The notes under the pieces: generated by a model
What the model was told of the DNA's origin: nothing
The model's input: only the letters and a program-made list of their open reading frames with translations
Database searches by the model: none
Source of the DNA: Octopus vulgaris
Lineage: Eukaryota
NCBI GenBank assembly: GCA_951406725.2
Contig: OX597818.1
Span: 46,190,001-46,254,000, forward strand
Length of the DNA: 64,000 bases
Reading direction: 5' to 3'
Made by a program: the position numbers and the translations under genes
In this document: one piece after another, positions 49,871 to 63,400 of the stretch
How positions within the stretch are numbered: the first letter of the stretch is position 1
Layout: each line of letters starts with the position of its first letter

Positions 49871-50683
49871 CTTTGATATCATTTGATAGTTGTGAATACA
49901 AGCCATTTCCTTTGTTTCTAATCTTCCATGAAAACATGTCTGGTCATGAGGAAAATAATACTTTGTTTGGAAACTGGTGAGGATTGATGGCAGGAAGGGT
50001 ATCCAGCTATAAAAAATCTTCCTCAGTGAATTCCATCTAACTCATGCAAACAAGGAAAAGTAGGTGTTAACCAATGATGATAATGACGACCTAATTTTTT
50101 TATGCTTACTCATATATATACTATATACCTGCTGAGTGTTTCTTTTATCACTATTTAAATAAGAACAGTGAAGTTCATGCTTTATTGAGGAGGTCTAATA
50201 AGACTGAAATATGTGTGGAGTTAGCTCCCATACTTGCTTGCTGAAGTAATTAAAATATTATTCGTAACTGAGCCAAAATTTGCCTTTTTTCTTTCTACAT
50301 AAATATGATGAATATCTTACATTTCATGGTTTATTCAGAAATTATCTGGAACAAAAGTGATCACTAGATAGTAGCAGAAAATTAGAGATTTTTTTTGTAG
50401 GCAACAAACATGTACATGAAGGTCTTTGTTTTAGTTACCCCAATATGCATGCTGGATGTCATTATACAGGCAAAGTTTGCTTTCCATGGCTTTTTGTTTA
50501 ATGTTGGCAAGCCTAAATTTGTTTATTGCTTCAACAATCTTACATTGTATTTTGTGTGTGTGTGTGTGTATTCATGCATGTGTACTTCTTATTTTTGCAT
50601 GATTACTGTGTTTTAAATGAAAGACCTGTCTCTCTAAATTATCACTGTGTGCAATGATGAAATGTCTGTAAAGACAAGTTGCT

Positions 50684-50908
50684 TTAATCTTTTTGTTACC
50701 ATATTTCTGTTGAAATACGCTGCATTTGTTTTCAGTTAATTTTGAAAGTAATGAAGAATTCAGTAAAATAACTATGTTGTTATTGAGCTGGTGTTTAGAA
50801 AATAAATTAACATAAATTTTGATGGGAGGTATTAATTTAGATCACTTTAAAATAGGGAGTGTGTAGAACCAGAGATAGTCTTAGACAGGTTGCTATCAAA
50901 ATGGTTAA
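50684..50908 (+). mobile_element. piggyBac-type MITE
   Basis: TTAAtctttttgttacc...ctatcaaaatggTTAA. Confidence 0.7.
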
Positions 50909-51276
50909 AAGGCATGTATTGATTATTTTGCAATTTTTGCCAATATGAACTACATTTAATATATGTTTGTTTCTATGTCTGTAGATTAAAAAAATACGTT
51001 TGTGCATAAAAATACACAGACATTAAAAAATTGGTATCCATGCCACCATAGAAAAATGTACTTTAAAATATTGATGATATCAGTTACTGATGATATCATC
51101 ATTTTATTATTATTATTATTATTATATTATTATTGAGTGAGAGAGCAGTGCATGCCATTAAAGTGACATGGGGGTAAAATATACGAAGCCCAGTATACTC
51201 ATCATGACTACCTGTCTGATAATGGTACACCAGGTACATGCATCACAACCATATGTGCACAACATAGTGATCTCAT

Positions 51277-51632
51277 CATCATCATCATCATCATCGTTTA
51301 ACGTCCGCTTTCCATGCTAGCATGGGTTGGACGGTTCAACTGGGGTCTGGGAAGCCCGAAGGCTGCACCAGGCCAGTCAGATCTGGCAGTGTTTCTACAG
51401 CTGGATGCCCTTCCTAACGCCAACCACTCCGTGAGTGTAGTGGGTGCTTTTTATGTGCCACCGACTCAGGTGTCAGACGAGGCTGACGAACGGCCACGCT
51501 CGGATGGTGTTTGTTACGTGCCCACAGCACGGAGGCCAGTCGATGTGGTACTGGCTACGGCCACGTTCGGCACTGGTACCACAAAAATACAAATTCCATT
51601 GATGTTCATCAATTTTGATTTGATTTGATTTT
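51277..51632 (-). mobile_element. RTE 3' UTR insertion with a 9-bp TSD
   Basis: TSD tgatctcat at 51268-76 and 51633-41; (cat)n tail. Confidence 0.85.
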
Positions 51633-52064
51633 TGATCTCATATCAAGATAGTAGTAGTAGTAGTAGTAGTAGTAGTAGCAGTGATAGTAAAATCCTTTTT
51701 CTTTCAGTGAAAAGTTTGACCCAGAGGGTTAGTGTCTCAAATCCTGCTTATTATCCATTTATCCTAGATTAATAATATGTTTCACTTTCAAATGAATCTG
51801 TTATGTAACCTGTTAAGTTATATTTCCATTTCAAAGTACAAGGCATCAGGACTGCAATATCACCATCATCATCATCGGAGACTAATATATAAGGAATGTA
51901 AGAAGGATATTGTTTTGAACCAAACATAAAGAACTAAGAAGGAAACATGAAAAGTCTTTAAAACAAACTAACAAACACGAAGATAGTTCTGCTTTAAAAA
52001 AACAATCACGTTTGAAAGAAAAACCGTTTCCCTATTTACACACACAGACACACATACATAGGTG

Positions 52065-52375
52065 CAGGTGTAGCTGTGTGATAAAAGGTTTGCTTCCCAG
52101 CCACATGGTTCTGGGTTCAGTCTCTTCGTGTGGCACATTGGGCAGGTGGTTTCTATCATAGCTTTGGACTGATCAAAGCCTTGTGAATGAATGGTGGATT
52201 TGGTAGATGGAAACTGAAAGAAGGCTGTTGTATGTGTTTGTGTTTGTTCTCTGCCACTGCTTGACAACTAGTGTTGGTGTGTTTACGTCCTTTGTAATGT
52301 AACAGTTTAGCAAAAGAATCTGACAGTAAGTATCAGGCTTTAAAAAAGTAAGTACTAGGGTCAATTCAGATTGCA
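52065..52375 (+). mobile_element. SINE family A
   Basis: gcttcccagccacatggttctgggttcagtc...gtggatttggtagatggaaactgaaag. Confidence 0.8.
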
Positions 52376-52789
52376 GAAACCACACACATAATAGAAAATA
52401 GGTTGAGCCTCAAAACCCTGCAATTTGACTACTGAAGACACAATAAGAAAACAAATGACACAGTGTAATTTACAAAGCCGTATACATGTACACAAGACTC
52501 ACATTTGCATACCAAACAGATGCGCGCACACACACACACACACACGCACACATGCACACACACACACACACACACAGATACAGACACATACACAGATGCA
52601 GATGCAAACACGTACAAATAAGGATACATATAACAAAAGACAAAATGGGATAAACAGGACAAGACCAGAGAGAAGAGGAAACATGAAGAAAAGGTAGTCA
52701 CTGAAGAAGTTACAGAATGTGCGAGGAAAAGAACTCTGACAAATAAATTAATAATAAATAATGATAATAATAATAATAATAATAATAAT

Positions 52790-53266
52790 TCCTCATTGAT
52801 ATGACTGTCCCAATCGATATAAATGTATCTGTCAAGACCTACCAAAAACTGAGCAAATATAAAGATCTTGAATTAGAAATCAGCAAAATGTGGAACCTGA
52901 AGACTAAAACAATACCTGTTGTCATAGGTTCCCTGGGAATGATAGCAAAAGGGGCTGATTGCTACCTAACTCAGATACTAGGAAACCCCAAAATGGTAGA
53001 AATTCAAAAGATAGTGCTCATGGGAACTGCTCATATCCTACACAAAATACTTTCTATGTAATCTCAAGGTTTAAAACAAACATAATTTTCGTTTTTTTTA
53101 TTTTTTTAATTTTTAGACATTCACTAGTACAACACCAAAAAAACCCCCCAAATATATGGCACACTAGACATAACAGCAACATGAACTTCCAACATGTTGT
53201 CTCTTGAGGTCTCTGGTTGAGACTTGGAGCCAACTTGTACAAATATAAAGCAAAAGTCAAACATAG
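52790..53266 (+). mobile_element. Dong/R4-clade non-LTR retrotransposon 3' fragment (restriction-like endonuclease) in (TAA)n
   Basis: LIDMTVP...KLSKYKDLELEISKMW..KTIPVVIGSLG...IQKIVLMGTAHIL; (TAA)n on both flanks. Confidence 0.85.
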
Positions 53267-53621
53267 AATAATAATAATAATAATAATAAAGCGAAGATCA
53301 AATAAATAGTGTGTGTGTGTTTATTGGCAAAATGATCATCCCCAAATATATCTATACTATACTGTATTATTGAAAGATTTTAGCCTAAGATAGTGCTCAT
53401 CAGAAGAGCGGGTATGAAAATGAATCTATAATACTGTATAGCGTATGTATTAATATAGCAAGTCTATTAATATATGAGTGCTTGTTTTTTCTGACTTATG
53501 TATTCTTAGATGACTATATATTTATATATATATATATATATTGTCACATGTAATCAAACACATGCATACAATCACACATACATCATTGTATAATCATATA
53601 TACATGTGTGTGTGTGTGTAT

Positions 53622-54235
53622 ATCATCATGATTTAATGTCTGCTTTCCATGCTGGATGGGTTGGACGGTTTGACTGAGGACTGGCAAACCAGGTGGCTGC
53701 ACCAGGCTCCAATCTGATCTGGCAATGTTTCTACAGCTGGATGCCCTTCCTAATGCCAACCACTCTGAGAGTGTAACGAGTACTTTTTATGTGCTGGTGG
53801 CACTGGCAACAGCCATGCTCGAATTGTGCTTTTTATGTGCCACCTGCATGGGTGCCAATCAGGCGGCACTGGTATTGGCCACGACAATGATTTCACCTGA
53901 TTCAACAGGTCTTAAGCACACCATATTGCCCACTGATTAAAAGGTACTCTTAAATGGCCTGGTTATGCGACACTGGTATAGGCCATGGCTACAGTCTCCC
54001 TTGGCTTGCGGGGTCTTCTCAAGCACAGCAGATCTCCAAAGGTCTCAGTCACCTGTCATTGCCTCCATTAGGCCCAGCATTCGAAGGTCGTCCACCACCT
54101 CATCCTAGGTCTTTCTGGATCCACCTCTTCCACAGGTTCCCTCCACTGTTAGGGTGTGACACATTTACACACATCTGTCCTCTTCCACACATAATGCATA
54201 ACCATACCAGCGCAGTTGTCTCTCTTGCACACTAC
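53622..54235 (-). mobile_element. RTE LINE 3' fragment
   Basis: Minus strand reads CSVQERQLRWYG...EEDRCV, followed by the UTR and tail. Confidence 0.85.
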
Positions 54236-55399
54236 AGATAGATATATATGGAATAAGCAGAGCAAGAGCACTCACGAAGATGGAAAATGTCACTGAGGAG
54301 GCCACAGATGTGTGACAAAAGATTTCCAGACAATGGACATGAGTTAGAATAAGAACAGTGATAAATGAGTGAAGAACGAACATAGTGCGTATGTTTATTT
54401 GGCAAAAAAGAGAAAGAAAGAGACCATCCCGAAATACAATATCTGTTTCAACACATGACTTCACACCAGGAATCATGCAATACAAATTCATAAACATATA
54501 TATATGTAGGTATATATATATATATTGTCAGATATACACATACACACACAAACACACACACGTACATACAGGGACGGAAAGAGAAAAAGTGAGAGAGACA
54601 TAGTATGTATGTATCTAGGGAGGTAGTTAAGTTGGTCAGCCAATATCACTGTTAACTTAATATCTGCCGCTAAATTGAACAGCAGAACTCTTCCATTTCT
54701 TCATTTTGGAAAGTAAGCTTAGTTTATATAACATAGATTAAGTAGATCTAGATAACAGCTATAGATTAAATAGATGTAGTTAATAGCTGTGAAATACATT
54801 TATTCCTTCAAGAAATTTGATATAGCTAAGAACTTTTACAAACAAGCATCACACATCCATACACATATCTACATACAGAACTAATTAATAAATTTCAGTA
54901 ATTTAAATTACCTAATAATGGATAATATTCACACAAAGTAAATCTAAGCTCTGGAAGTTACATGTTAGACTATGCTTTCAAAGTAAATTTAAGCTCTGGA
55001 AGTTATGTATTAGACTACACTGAAGTAATAGTCTACTGAGATTGAAATAAATGTGGTGTTGACACTGTAACTGCCAAAGATCAGACACTCTTGACTGCAT
55101 GTCGTCCATTCATTTTTTGTCCATTTAAATCTCAGAGTTCTCTCCCTTACTCTTCTTGATAAGATTTGTCATTACTGTTAAGGACATTCTTCTCAAATAT
55201 TCTTTTTCACTCACTACAATGTGATAACCTTTATTTATTTATTAACTCGATGCTTTCTTCAGTTAAGTTCCACTTGATATAAGGAAGTAATTTTCTCCCT
55301 ATACTTTTCCTTTGTCATGTGGCCAAAAACATACGGATTGCTCTCTTGATAATTCTGTCAATCCTTCAAAGCAAAAGTTTATTCTTGATTAGTTTTGTC

Positions 55400-55970
55400 T
55401 TAGCAGAATTAGAAGAAGGGTAGCCAAAATGCTGTATGATATTTAGTTGCATCTCTCTACATCCGGTGCTCAAATTTTACTGAGGCTAACTTTGTCTTTC
55501 TTTCTTTCAGGTTTTATAAAATAAACTAGCAGATAAGTACTGCAGTTGATTTAAGTGATGATAACCTTTCCTCCAAAATATGAGGTCTTCTGTCAATGTT
55601 AGAAATGAATATATTATAAAATCAATAGAATGAAATGCCATGTAGTAATTATTGTATTTACCCATATATAATTTGCACTATTTTATGCTAAAATAAATCC
55701 GGGGTCCTACATATACGAGGGGCAAAGCTAAAACTAATACTCTATGCAACCTTTGTACCAAGGTTTAACACTAAATTAGGGGTGCAATTTTACACACATG
55801 TAAGTAACATAGTTATGCTTCTTTACATTTTGAGTCTAAATCTCACTGAGAGCAAATGTATCTTTCATCATTCAGGATTTGATAACACAATTTCCATACA
55901 AGCACTGGGTTGAAATGATGGTCTGTTCCTCCCTCCAAAATGTGTGGCCATGTGCCTGTTATAAATCAAT
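55400..55970 (+). mobile_element. Decayed family B SINE copies with an intervening repeat
   Basis: tagcagaatt...ctcaaattttactgaggctaactttgtctttc and a second gagtctaaatctcactgagagc...aagcactggg. Confidence 0.45.
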
Positions 55971-56241
55971 ATAATAAAATCAATTTTCTTTCCTTCTGAA
56001 ATGATTTACATTTGTTGTTGTTGTTTAGAAGAATTATATCCGAAAGTTATCCCATGCATGTTATTGGTTCCTGCCTATAATTTTTATAATTTTAAAAAAT
56101 ATTTTAATATGATTAATTTAATATTATTGTTTCTGTAATTGTTTTATTGTAAAGAGTAAACTTTCAGTCAGCTTCTAATCTTGTGCTGTTACCATTCATT
56201 TAAGTACTAATCACAATGTTATTATTTTGTCTTTGTTGCAG

Positions 56242-56345
56242 AAAGACTTAATCATACTAGTAATTCTCCTGATTACTTTTATCTATATGGCTTTCTACTT
56301 GTACTTCTGGCTTGCGGCTGAGAATGATTCAAATGATTTTAATTG
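56242..56345 (+). CDS. GDPD5: Next coding exon of the GDPD5/GDE2-like gene (first TM helix)
   Basis: Acceptor ttttgtctttgttgcag| and donor TG|GTGAGT. The phase-0 frame reads KDLIILVILLITFIYMAFYLYFWLAAENDSNDFN(W), matching the GDPD5 motif LYFWWEVHNDYDEFNW, and joins the 1874-1990 exon in frame. Confidence 0.88.
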
Positions 56346-56399
56346 GTGAGTAACAAATTTGTTTCCAATTATATTTAGAGGAAGTGTGTGTGTATGTAT

Positions 56400-56530
56400 A
56401 TATATGATAGGCTTCTTTCAGTTTCCACCCTAGGTTAAAGTAGAAGACACTTGCCCAAGGTGCCACATAGTGGACTGAACCTGGAACCATGTGGTTGGGA
56501 AGAAAGCTTCTTACCACACAGCCATGCCTG
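56400..56530 (-). mobile_element. SINE family A 5' half, just downstream of the exon
   Basis: ggcttctttcagtttcc...gaagacacttgcccaaggtgcc...cttaccacacagcc. Confidence 0.8.
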
Positions 56531-58312
56531 CCTTTATATGTGTGTTGTTTACGTAGGTGCCTAGCATTGAGAAGCTCAACAAAGATGAAATGTGTCTGTA
56601 GTTCTTGTGAGCCACTGTGGTGATATAAGTTGTGATTTTAATGCAACAAGTTTGTGAAGAGATTTTATCTCAGACAAGTCCTCACCTTCATACTTTCTAA
56701 CAAACAGTATTATACATTTTGTATGATACACAGATGGCAATTTTTATATATTTTAAAAATATATTTATACATTTAATATATTTTATATATTTTTTGTTTT
56801 AGTTTTGAAAGACTGATTTAAAATTGTAAGTTTATTTTTAACATCTTACCATTCTCTTTTATCTCTTGCTGCACATTGGCAGAGGTGTTCCATGTTGGCT
56901 AGGATTCCTCACAGTATCTATTCTGACTCTCTGCACTGTGAGTTCAAATCCCACCTAGGTCAACTTAGCCTTTCATTCTTTTGGGACCAATAAAGAAGCA
57001 TCAATCGAGGAAGATGACTTGGTGAAAGTGTTAGACAATTGGGTGAAATTCTTGTGGAATCTGTATAAGCTTTTTTGTGTTTTGATAGCAATGCCTGCAT
57101 TGGAACTGGTTCCAAGCTGTATTGGCCAAAATAAGCAATCTTTCTTTTGAATAAACACTAGTTGTATGGATCGACTTGCATGCATGGGCAATTGCTAGTT
57201 TTATTTTCAAGAACACTTGCTCAAACCTACACGTATATATTGTAGATATATGATCAGCATTGACTGATAGAAGATCTATGCATTCTGAAATGTTGCCATC
57301 AAAGATATTATCTAAAAGGACTTCCTATTTGTAGCATGTTACCTAGGACTTTGGAGAGAATGCATTAAAAAATTTTGGCAAGCTTTCAACTGAATTAAGA
57401 AACAGACTGATTAAAGTATAGTTCTGATATTTGCTGCTCTAAACTGAAAGATGAGAATGTATTAAACGACAGCCACAAAGAATGTTCATATATACTGAGG
57501 TTATGTGAAATCAGATTTTTAAATTTCTTTTGTGAGCTGGTAGTAATTCGCAAAAATTAGAAATTATCTTCGTCATTATGTTATATAATAGAGTTGCAAA
57601 TGGGCAGAATTGTTATTGCACCGGACGAGATGCTTCGTGATATTTTTTCTGCTTTTTTACATTCTGAGTTCAAATACTACCAAGGTCAAGACTGGATTTA
57701 AACCATGGTGGAGGTGGTGCAGGGGGGGGAGGGGGCACGGCACTTCATGTTCAGTGGGCTCCTTATACACAAGAATTGAAATCTTAGAAAATTACCATAT
57801 TTAAATCTCAAAACCCATCTATTTCAAATAATTGAATTTCATGAGTTAGTGGAGAAACTGAAAATAAATGATTGAAAATGTCACTTTATAGATACAGTTT
57901 TTCAGAATTCAAATTTTGTTGTTCACACATCCACTTGCAATGTTTGACTTTTCTTTCATTTTGAAAAGTACAATGAAGGAGAAAAGAGTGGGGTAAGAGT
58001 TTTTTTCTTTTAATGTGAGTTACATATGTTTCAGAATGTAACTTTGATAACTTTTGGCCAGTATAGGCCCAGGCCATGTCTAACTTAATAGCACCACCTG
58101 GTAAAATAAGATAAAATGACAGAAAATTACGAAAAAGAAAAAAATCATTTGTTGTTCCAAAGGTATGATGAGTGTGGGTGGGACCATGGGTAGAGACAAA
58201 AACTGAGAAATTCAAACACCTATTTCCAAAAGTCTGCTTTTCCAATTTCCACTAAGTGTAGGTGGGGCACAATGAGTAACAATTACTGCATTTTTTACTT
58301 TGAATTGAATAT

Positions 58313-60045
58313 CATCATCATCATTGTTTAACTTCTGCTTTCCATGGTGGCATGGGCTCAATGGTTTGTGAGCCCCAATGTCTGACAGTCTTGCTTCACC
58401 ACCTCATCACATGTGTTCCTGGGTCTACCTCTTCCACAGGTTCCCTCCACTGTTAGGGTGTGACACTTTTTCACACAGCTGTCCTCATCCATATGCAACA
58501 CATGACTATACCAGCACAGTTGTCTCTTTTGCACAATACATCTGATGCTTCTTATGTCCAACTTTTGACTCAGGGCACTTTCACTTTGTCGTGTATGCAG
58601 ACTGACATTACTCATCCAATGGAGCATACTAGCTTCATGTCTTTCAAGCCTACACATGTCCTCAGTAGTCACAGCCCACGTTTTACTGCCATGTAGCATG
58701 GCTGTTCACACACATGCATCATGCAGTCTACCTTTCACTCTGAACGAGAGGCCCTTTGTTACCAGCAGAGATAGGAGCTCTCTGAACTTTTCCCAGGCTA
58801 TTCTTATTCTAGTAGCTATGCTCTCAGAGCGTCCACCCCCACTACTGACTTGGTCATCTAGGTAACAGAAGCTTTCAACTACTTTTAGTTTTTCCCCCTG
58901 ACATGTGATGGAATCTGCTTTCTGTACATCTTTAGTGTTTATTACTCCTGTGCATCTGCCACACACAAAAACTATCTTCTCAGTTAACTTTCCTTTGGTA
59001 TTGCTGCACCTGTTATGTATCCATAGCTTACCCCAGGTACATCTTATGGAGTTTCTACAGATAAAGCAGGGCCATCTACCTGAAGGGATTTGTGATTTGT
59101 CTGCCTTCCTACTTATTAAGACTTTGGTTTTTGCTAGATTGACTTTAAGGGCCTTCGTTTCTAGACCTTGCTTCCTCACCTGAAACCTCACTAGTTCTGG
59201 TAGTGACTCAGCTATCAGAGCAAGGTCATCAGCATAGAGTAGCTCCCAGAGGCAGCCTGTTTTCAATTCCTCTATTATTGCCTGGAGGACAATGATGAAT
59301 AAGAGGGGGCTGAGGACTGATCCTTGTTGGACTCCTACCCAGAATTCTTCACCATACTCATTGCCAACCCTAACCTTACTCCACACCATCCCTGTCCATG
59401 GCTTGTACAGCTCTCACCAACCACTATCTGTTCCTAGTTTCTGCATTGACTACCAACTTAGGGATCGTGGAACCCTGTCAAAGGTTTTCTCCATGTCAAT
59501 GAAAGCCAAGTACAGAGGTTTATCTTTGGCTGGGAATTTCTCCTGTAGCTGTCTTATCAGACACATAGCATCAGTGGTACTTTTCCCTGGCACAAACCCA
59601 AACTTCATCTCATCTAAACTAATTCTCTCCCTATTTAGTTGGGTTATCACCCTCTCTGTGACTTTCAACACCTGATCCAACAATTTGATACCTTTGTAAT
59701 TATTCCTATCTAATGCATAACCTTTACCTTTGTAGCAGTTGACTATGGTGCTGCTACACCAGTCATTGGGTATGTCTCCTTCATGTATCACCTGGTTGCC
59801 TATACGGGTGACTAGACTATAGTCTACACTGCCAGATATTTTGAGCATCTCGGCAAGGATTCCTGATGGGCCAGGGGCTTTCCCTGTCTTCATACCCTTA
59901 ATTGCTTTATCTACCAAGGTACTGTCAATTTGAATAGCTGGTCCCACTATTGAATCAACATTTTGCTGACTTGTTTTCTCCCATTCATTCTCTTCATTTA
60001 GCAACCTTTTGTAGTGGTGTCTCCAAGTATTTCTGCAGTATCATT
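58313..60045 (-). mobile_element. 5'-truncated RTE LINE, same family as the 20907 copy, 3' UTR mostly deleted
   Basis: ORFs at 59450-60004 (KAPGPSG, NYKGIKLL, FGFVPGKSTTDA), 58706-59389 (QGSVLSP, YADD) and 58358-58699, joined directly to the (cat)n tail. Confidence 0.95.
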
Positions 60046-61009
60046 AAATGCAATATATTTTTTACAAATGTTCACTACCTTGTGAAAACTATATCAGCGA
60101 AGTAAAGATCTTCTCTAAATGCAGTAAAGCCTATAACATATTCAGAACACTATTTCAGAAAATTATCACTATTCTATTTGAGCATATAAAAGACAAATTT
60201 AGGCAGGGAAAAATGGGTAAGACAAGACACAGTAAATATGCCCTTCCAGTTCTCCAGAATTAATTTTGAAAAAATAGTCATACATCCATCCTTAGACATC
60301 AGAAATGCAACAAAATTTAAAATATCTTGGTCAAATGAAAGAGGAGGAAGATAAAATAGCTCATAATATGAAAATAATGAAACACCAGTAAGTCTAAAAA
60401 CTCAACATAAAATATTATTATAGCTTTTTTGCTAAAAATTATCCAAATATTTTGAGGAAAAATTTCTTTATACATACATACATACACACACATACACGCG
60501 TGCACACACACACAAGCACACACACATTCAGGAGTGTTCTGTTGTTTCCCTTTTATCTGTTGTCCCCAAAACAGCTACAATTCCGAAAGGGAAATTGTAA
60601 GTGCTTTGGGACTGGGTAAGTTGTGTTTTAATTGGCTTATTTGGTGTCTCTGCAGTAGCAAAAATCTATGGGTATTTATCATGAAAGGGAATCCATTCCA
60701 TTTTTTTTTAAGAAGTCAAGAAACCTTTGTATATTGAAAGAGAACCTCATCATACCTGATTACTGAGAGGTGGTTGGTCTTCCTGTATTGATTTCTATAT
60801 ACCTTTCCTAGCAACTCCACCCCCCACACAAATACCTAGATGCCCCCTCCACACCCCTATAAATCTGGCCCTGGCCAAGGTCAACTTTTACATGGTGCAA
60901 AGTAGGTGCTTTTTATATGGTGCCGACATAGGTGCTTTTTCATGGTACTGGCATGCACAGTGTCTATGTGGTACCAGCATGGCTGCTTTTTACATGGTTC
61001 CTACTCATA

Positions 61010-61275
61010 TTTTCCTACTCTCTGTTGCCAAACTGCTACTTTATGTGAATGTACAGAAACTGCCAGTTGTCAAACAGTTGCAGTGGGACAAATACACACA
61101 CACACACAAATCTATATGAAGGGCTTGTTTTCAGTTTGCATTTTCCAAATCCACTCACAAGGCTTCGGTTGGCTTAGGGCTATAGTAGAAGACACTTGCC
61201 CAAAGTGCCACTCAGTGGGAATGAACCTGGAGCCATGTGGTTGGGAAGCAAATTTCTTACCACACAGCTACACCA
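61010..61275 (-). mobile_element. SINE family A
   Basis: aatccactcacaaggcttcggtt...ctatagtagaagacacttgccc...cttaccacacagc. Confidence 0.75.
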
Positions 61276-62279
61276 GCACCTAGACAATAACTTTGAATGA
61301 GCAAATTTTAAGGAATATCTCAGGTAGTAAATACAATACTGTATTAAGAATAGGAGGTGAAAACTGAACTAAAATATCTTTAGTTAGTGATTGATGATTG
61401 CAGATTGTCTAAGAAAGCTATGATATTATAGGATTAAGATTTGTTTAATGGAGCTTGGGTTTAAGAAGATTAATGTTCAAAGATAGATATAAATGTAAAG
61501 ATATAATTATTTCATTAATCTGTGTCTAAAACCATCAAAATATGCATCATATTTGATATAAAAACTAATATTGCATTGTTACTATTTATTTCTGACCATT
61601 ATTTCTATTATTTTATTTTTGTTATAGAAAGAATGCCCTCACTATAACTTCACAGTTATCACAAAAACAAATATTAGACTAATTTCTCTCTAAATTATGT
61701 TTTTAATGCTGTGTGATTCAACTCCAAGAAAAATTTAATTGTAATGAATTAGTTTGAAGGTACAGTTGATTATACCTGTATCATCATTACCGTACAACAC
61801 ATACTTGGTACCATACTTATAAATTTATTAAACTCTTTTGTTTAGCAACTCAAACATTAGATATTTAATCAAAATCTTTTAATCTGTTAATTATGGATTC
61901 TCTTCAGCCATTTACATTTGTAAAGCCAAACTGGTCATTTACTTCTCTGATGGCCTTGAGGGTTAATTTATTTTGTACCTATCAGGAAATGCTGCATGCA
62001 GATGGTTCATCATCATCATCATCATCATCGATTTAATGTCTACTTTGTGCTTGCTTAGGTCAGATGTAATTTGTTGAGGCAGATTTTCTATACCCAGATA
62101 CCCTCTTGTCACTCAAACCAAGATCATATTTCCTCATGGCTAAATTTGTTTTCGTGGAAGACTAGAAACAAGGGACTCTGCTTGTATGATAGTGACTCTT
62201 GTCTATAGCTATCTTGCAATGTCAAAACAGACAGACACACACACACACACACACATACACACTCTGTTACTCTCTCAGG

Positions 62280-62552
62280 TCTGGGATGGCAGTTCTGCAA
62301 TTCCTTGCTGAATAACCTGCACAGATAATTTGTTTATACTGATCAAAAGTTTGTTGTTTTAAATTAGCTCACTTCCTCCATCAAACTGACATTACCTGTA
62401 CAGGTGCATAGTGTGCCACATACATATGATGATGAGATTGCAGAGCAATGTGAGGTGAAGTGTTTTGCTCAAAAACATAATGCACTTCCCTGTCTTGGAA
62501 TCACACCCATGGATCTTACACTCATGAATGCAACTCTCTAACCACTGGACCA
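62280..62552 (-). mobile_element. tRNA-derived SINE related to family C
   Basis: Minus-strand head tggtccagtggttagag...gattcc...tgtttttgagcaaaacacttcacctcac. Confidence 0.55.
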
Positions 62553-62574
62553 TATATATATATATATATATGAG

Positions 62575-62978
62575 TGATGGGCCTCACAGATGCAAAGTGG
62601 CTGAGTTCTTTTCGGGTGTTGGGCCTCACAGAGACAATGACCAAGACCTTTGGCATTATGTCATGCTTCAGAAGACCCATCAAGCTGAGCAAAATTGCAC
62701 TCGTGACAGATACTGGCATCACACAAATTGGCACCCATGCCAGTGGTACATATATACATCCTGGTTTCATGCAAATGGCATCCATGCCAGTGGCACGTAA
62801 TAGCACCCATTACACTCTCAGAGTGGTTGGCATGAGGAAGGTATCCAGCTGTTGAAAACCATGCCAAATCAGACTGGAGTCTGGTGCAGCCTTCCAGCAT
62901 GCCAGCCCAGTCAAACCAACCAACCCATGCTAGCATGGGCAATGGACATTAAATGATGATGATGATGATGATGATGAT
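62575..62978 (+). mobile_element. RTE-derived short element
   Basis: Homologous to 35130-35460, with a (gat)n tail. Confidence 0.75.
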
Positions 62979-62984
62979 ATGGGG

Positions 62985-63135
62985 GACTTCTTTCAGTTTC
63001 CATCTGCTAAATACACTCACAAGACGTTGCTTAGCCTGGGGCAACAGTAGAAGGGACTTGTCCAAAGTGCCATAGGACCGTACCTGAAATTATGTGGTTG
63101 GGAAGCAAACTTCTTAACTACCCAACCATGCCTTC
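62985..63135 (-). mobile_element. SINE family A, 5' half
   Basis: cttctttcagtttccatc...actcacaag...gtggttgggaagcaaacttctt. Confidence 0.7.
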
Positions 63136-63294
63136 TCTTTTAAAAAATTTGCTGTTCAACATACATTTGTAGTTAGTTACTTTGAGTTGATGATGATAAA
63201 TATGTAAAAGCTAAAGCTAAGGGAGGGACATTAATAAATTTTTAAAACCCCTCTGTTTGTAAAAGCTTGAAACACCAGTACATAAGCAGATATA

Positions 63295-63400
63295 CAGTAA
63301 TCCCTTGCCATATCATGGTTCACCTATTGTGGTTTATTATTTAAGCTTATGTCAATTCCTTATGGTGTTGTTTTGCATTTGTAATAAAATAGATGTATAC
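63295..63400 (+). mobile_element. pogo/Tigger-like transposon left end
   Basis: TA|CAGTAATCCCT..ccatatcatggttcacctat resembles a Tigger-type TIR; no matching right end found. Confidence 0.35.
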
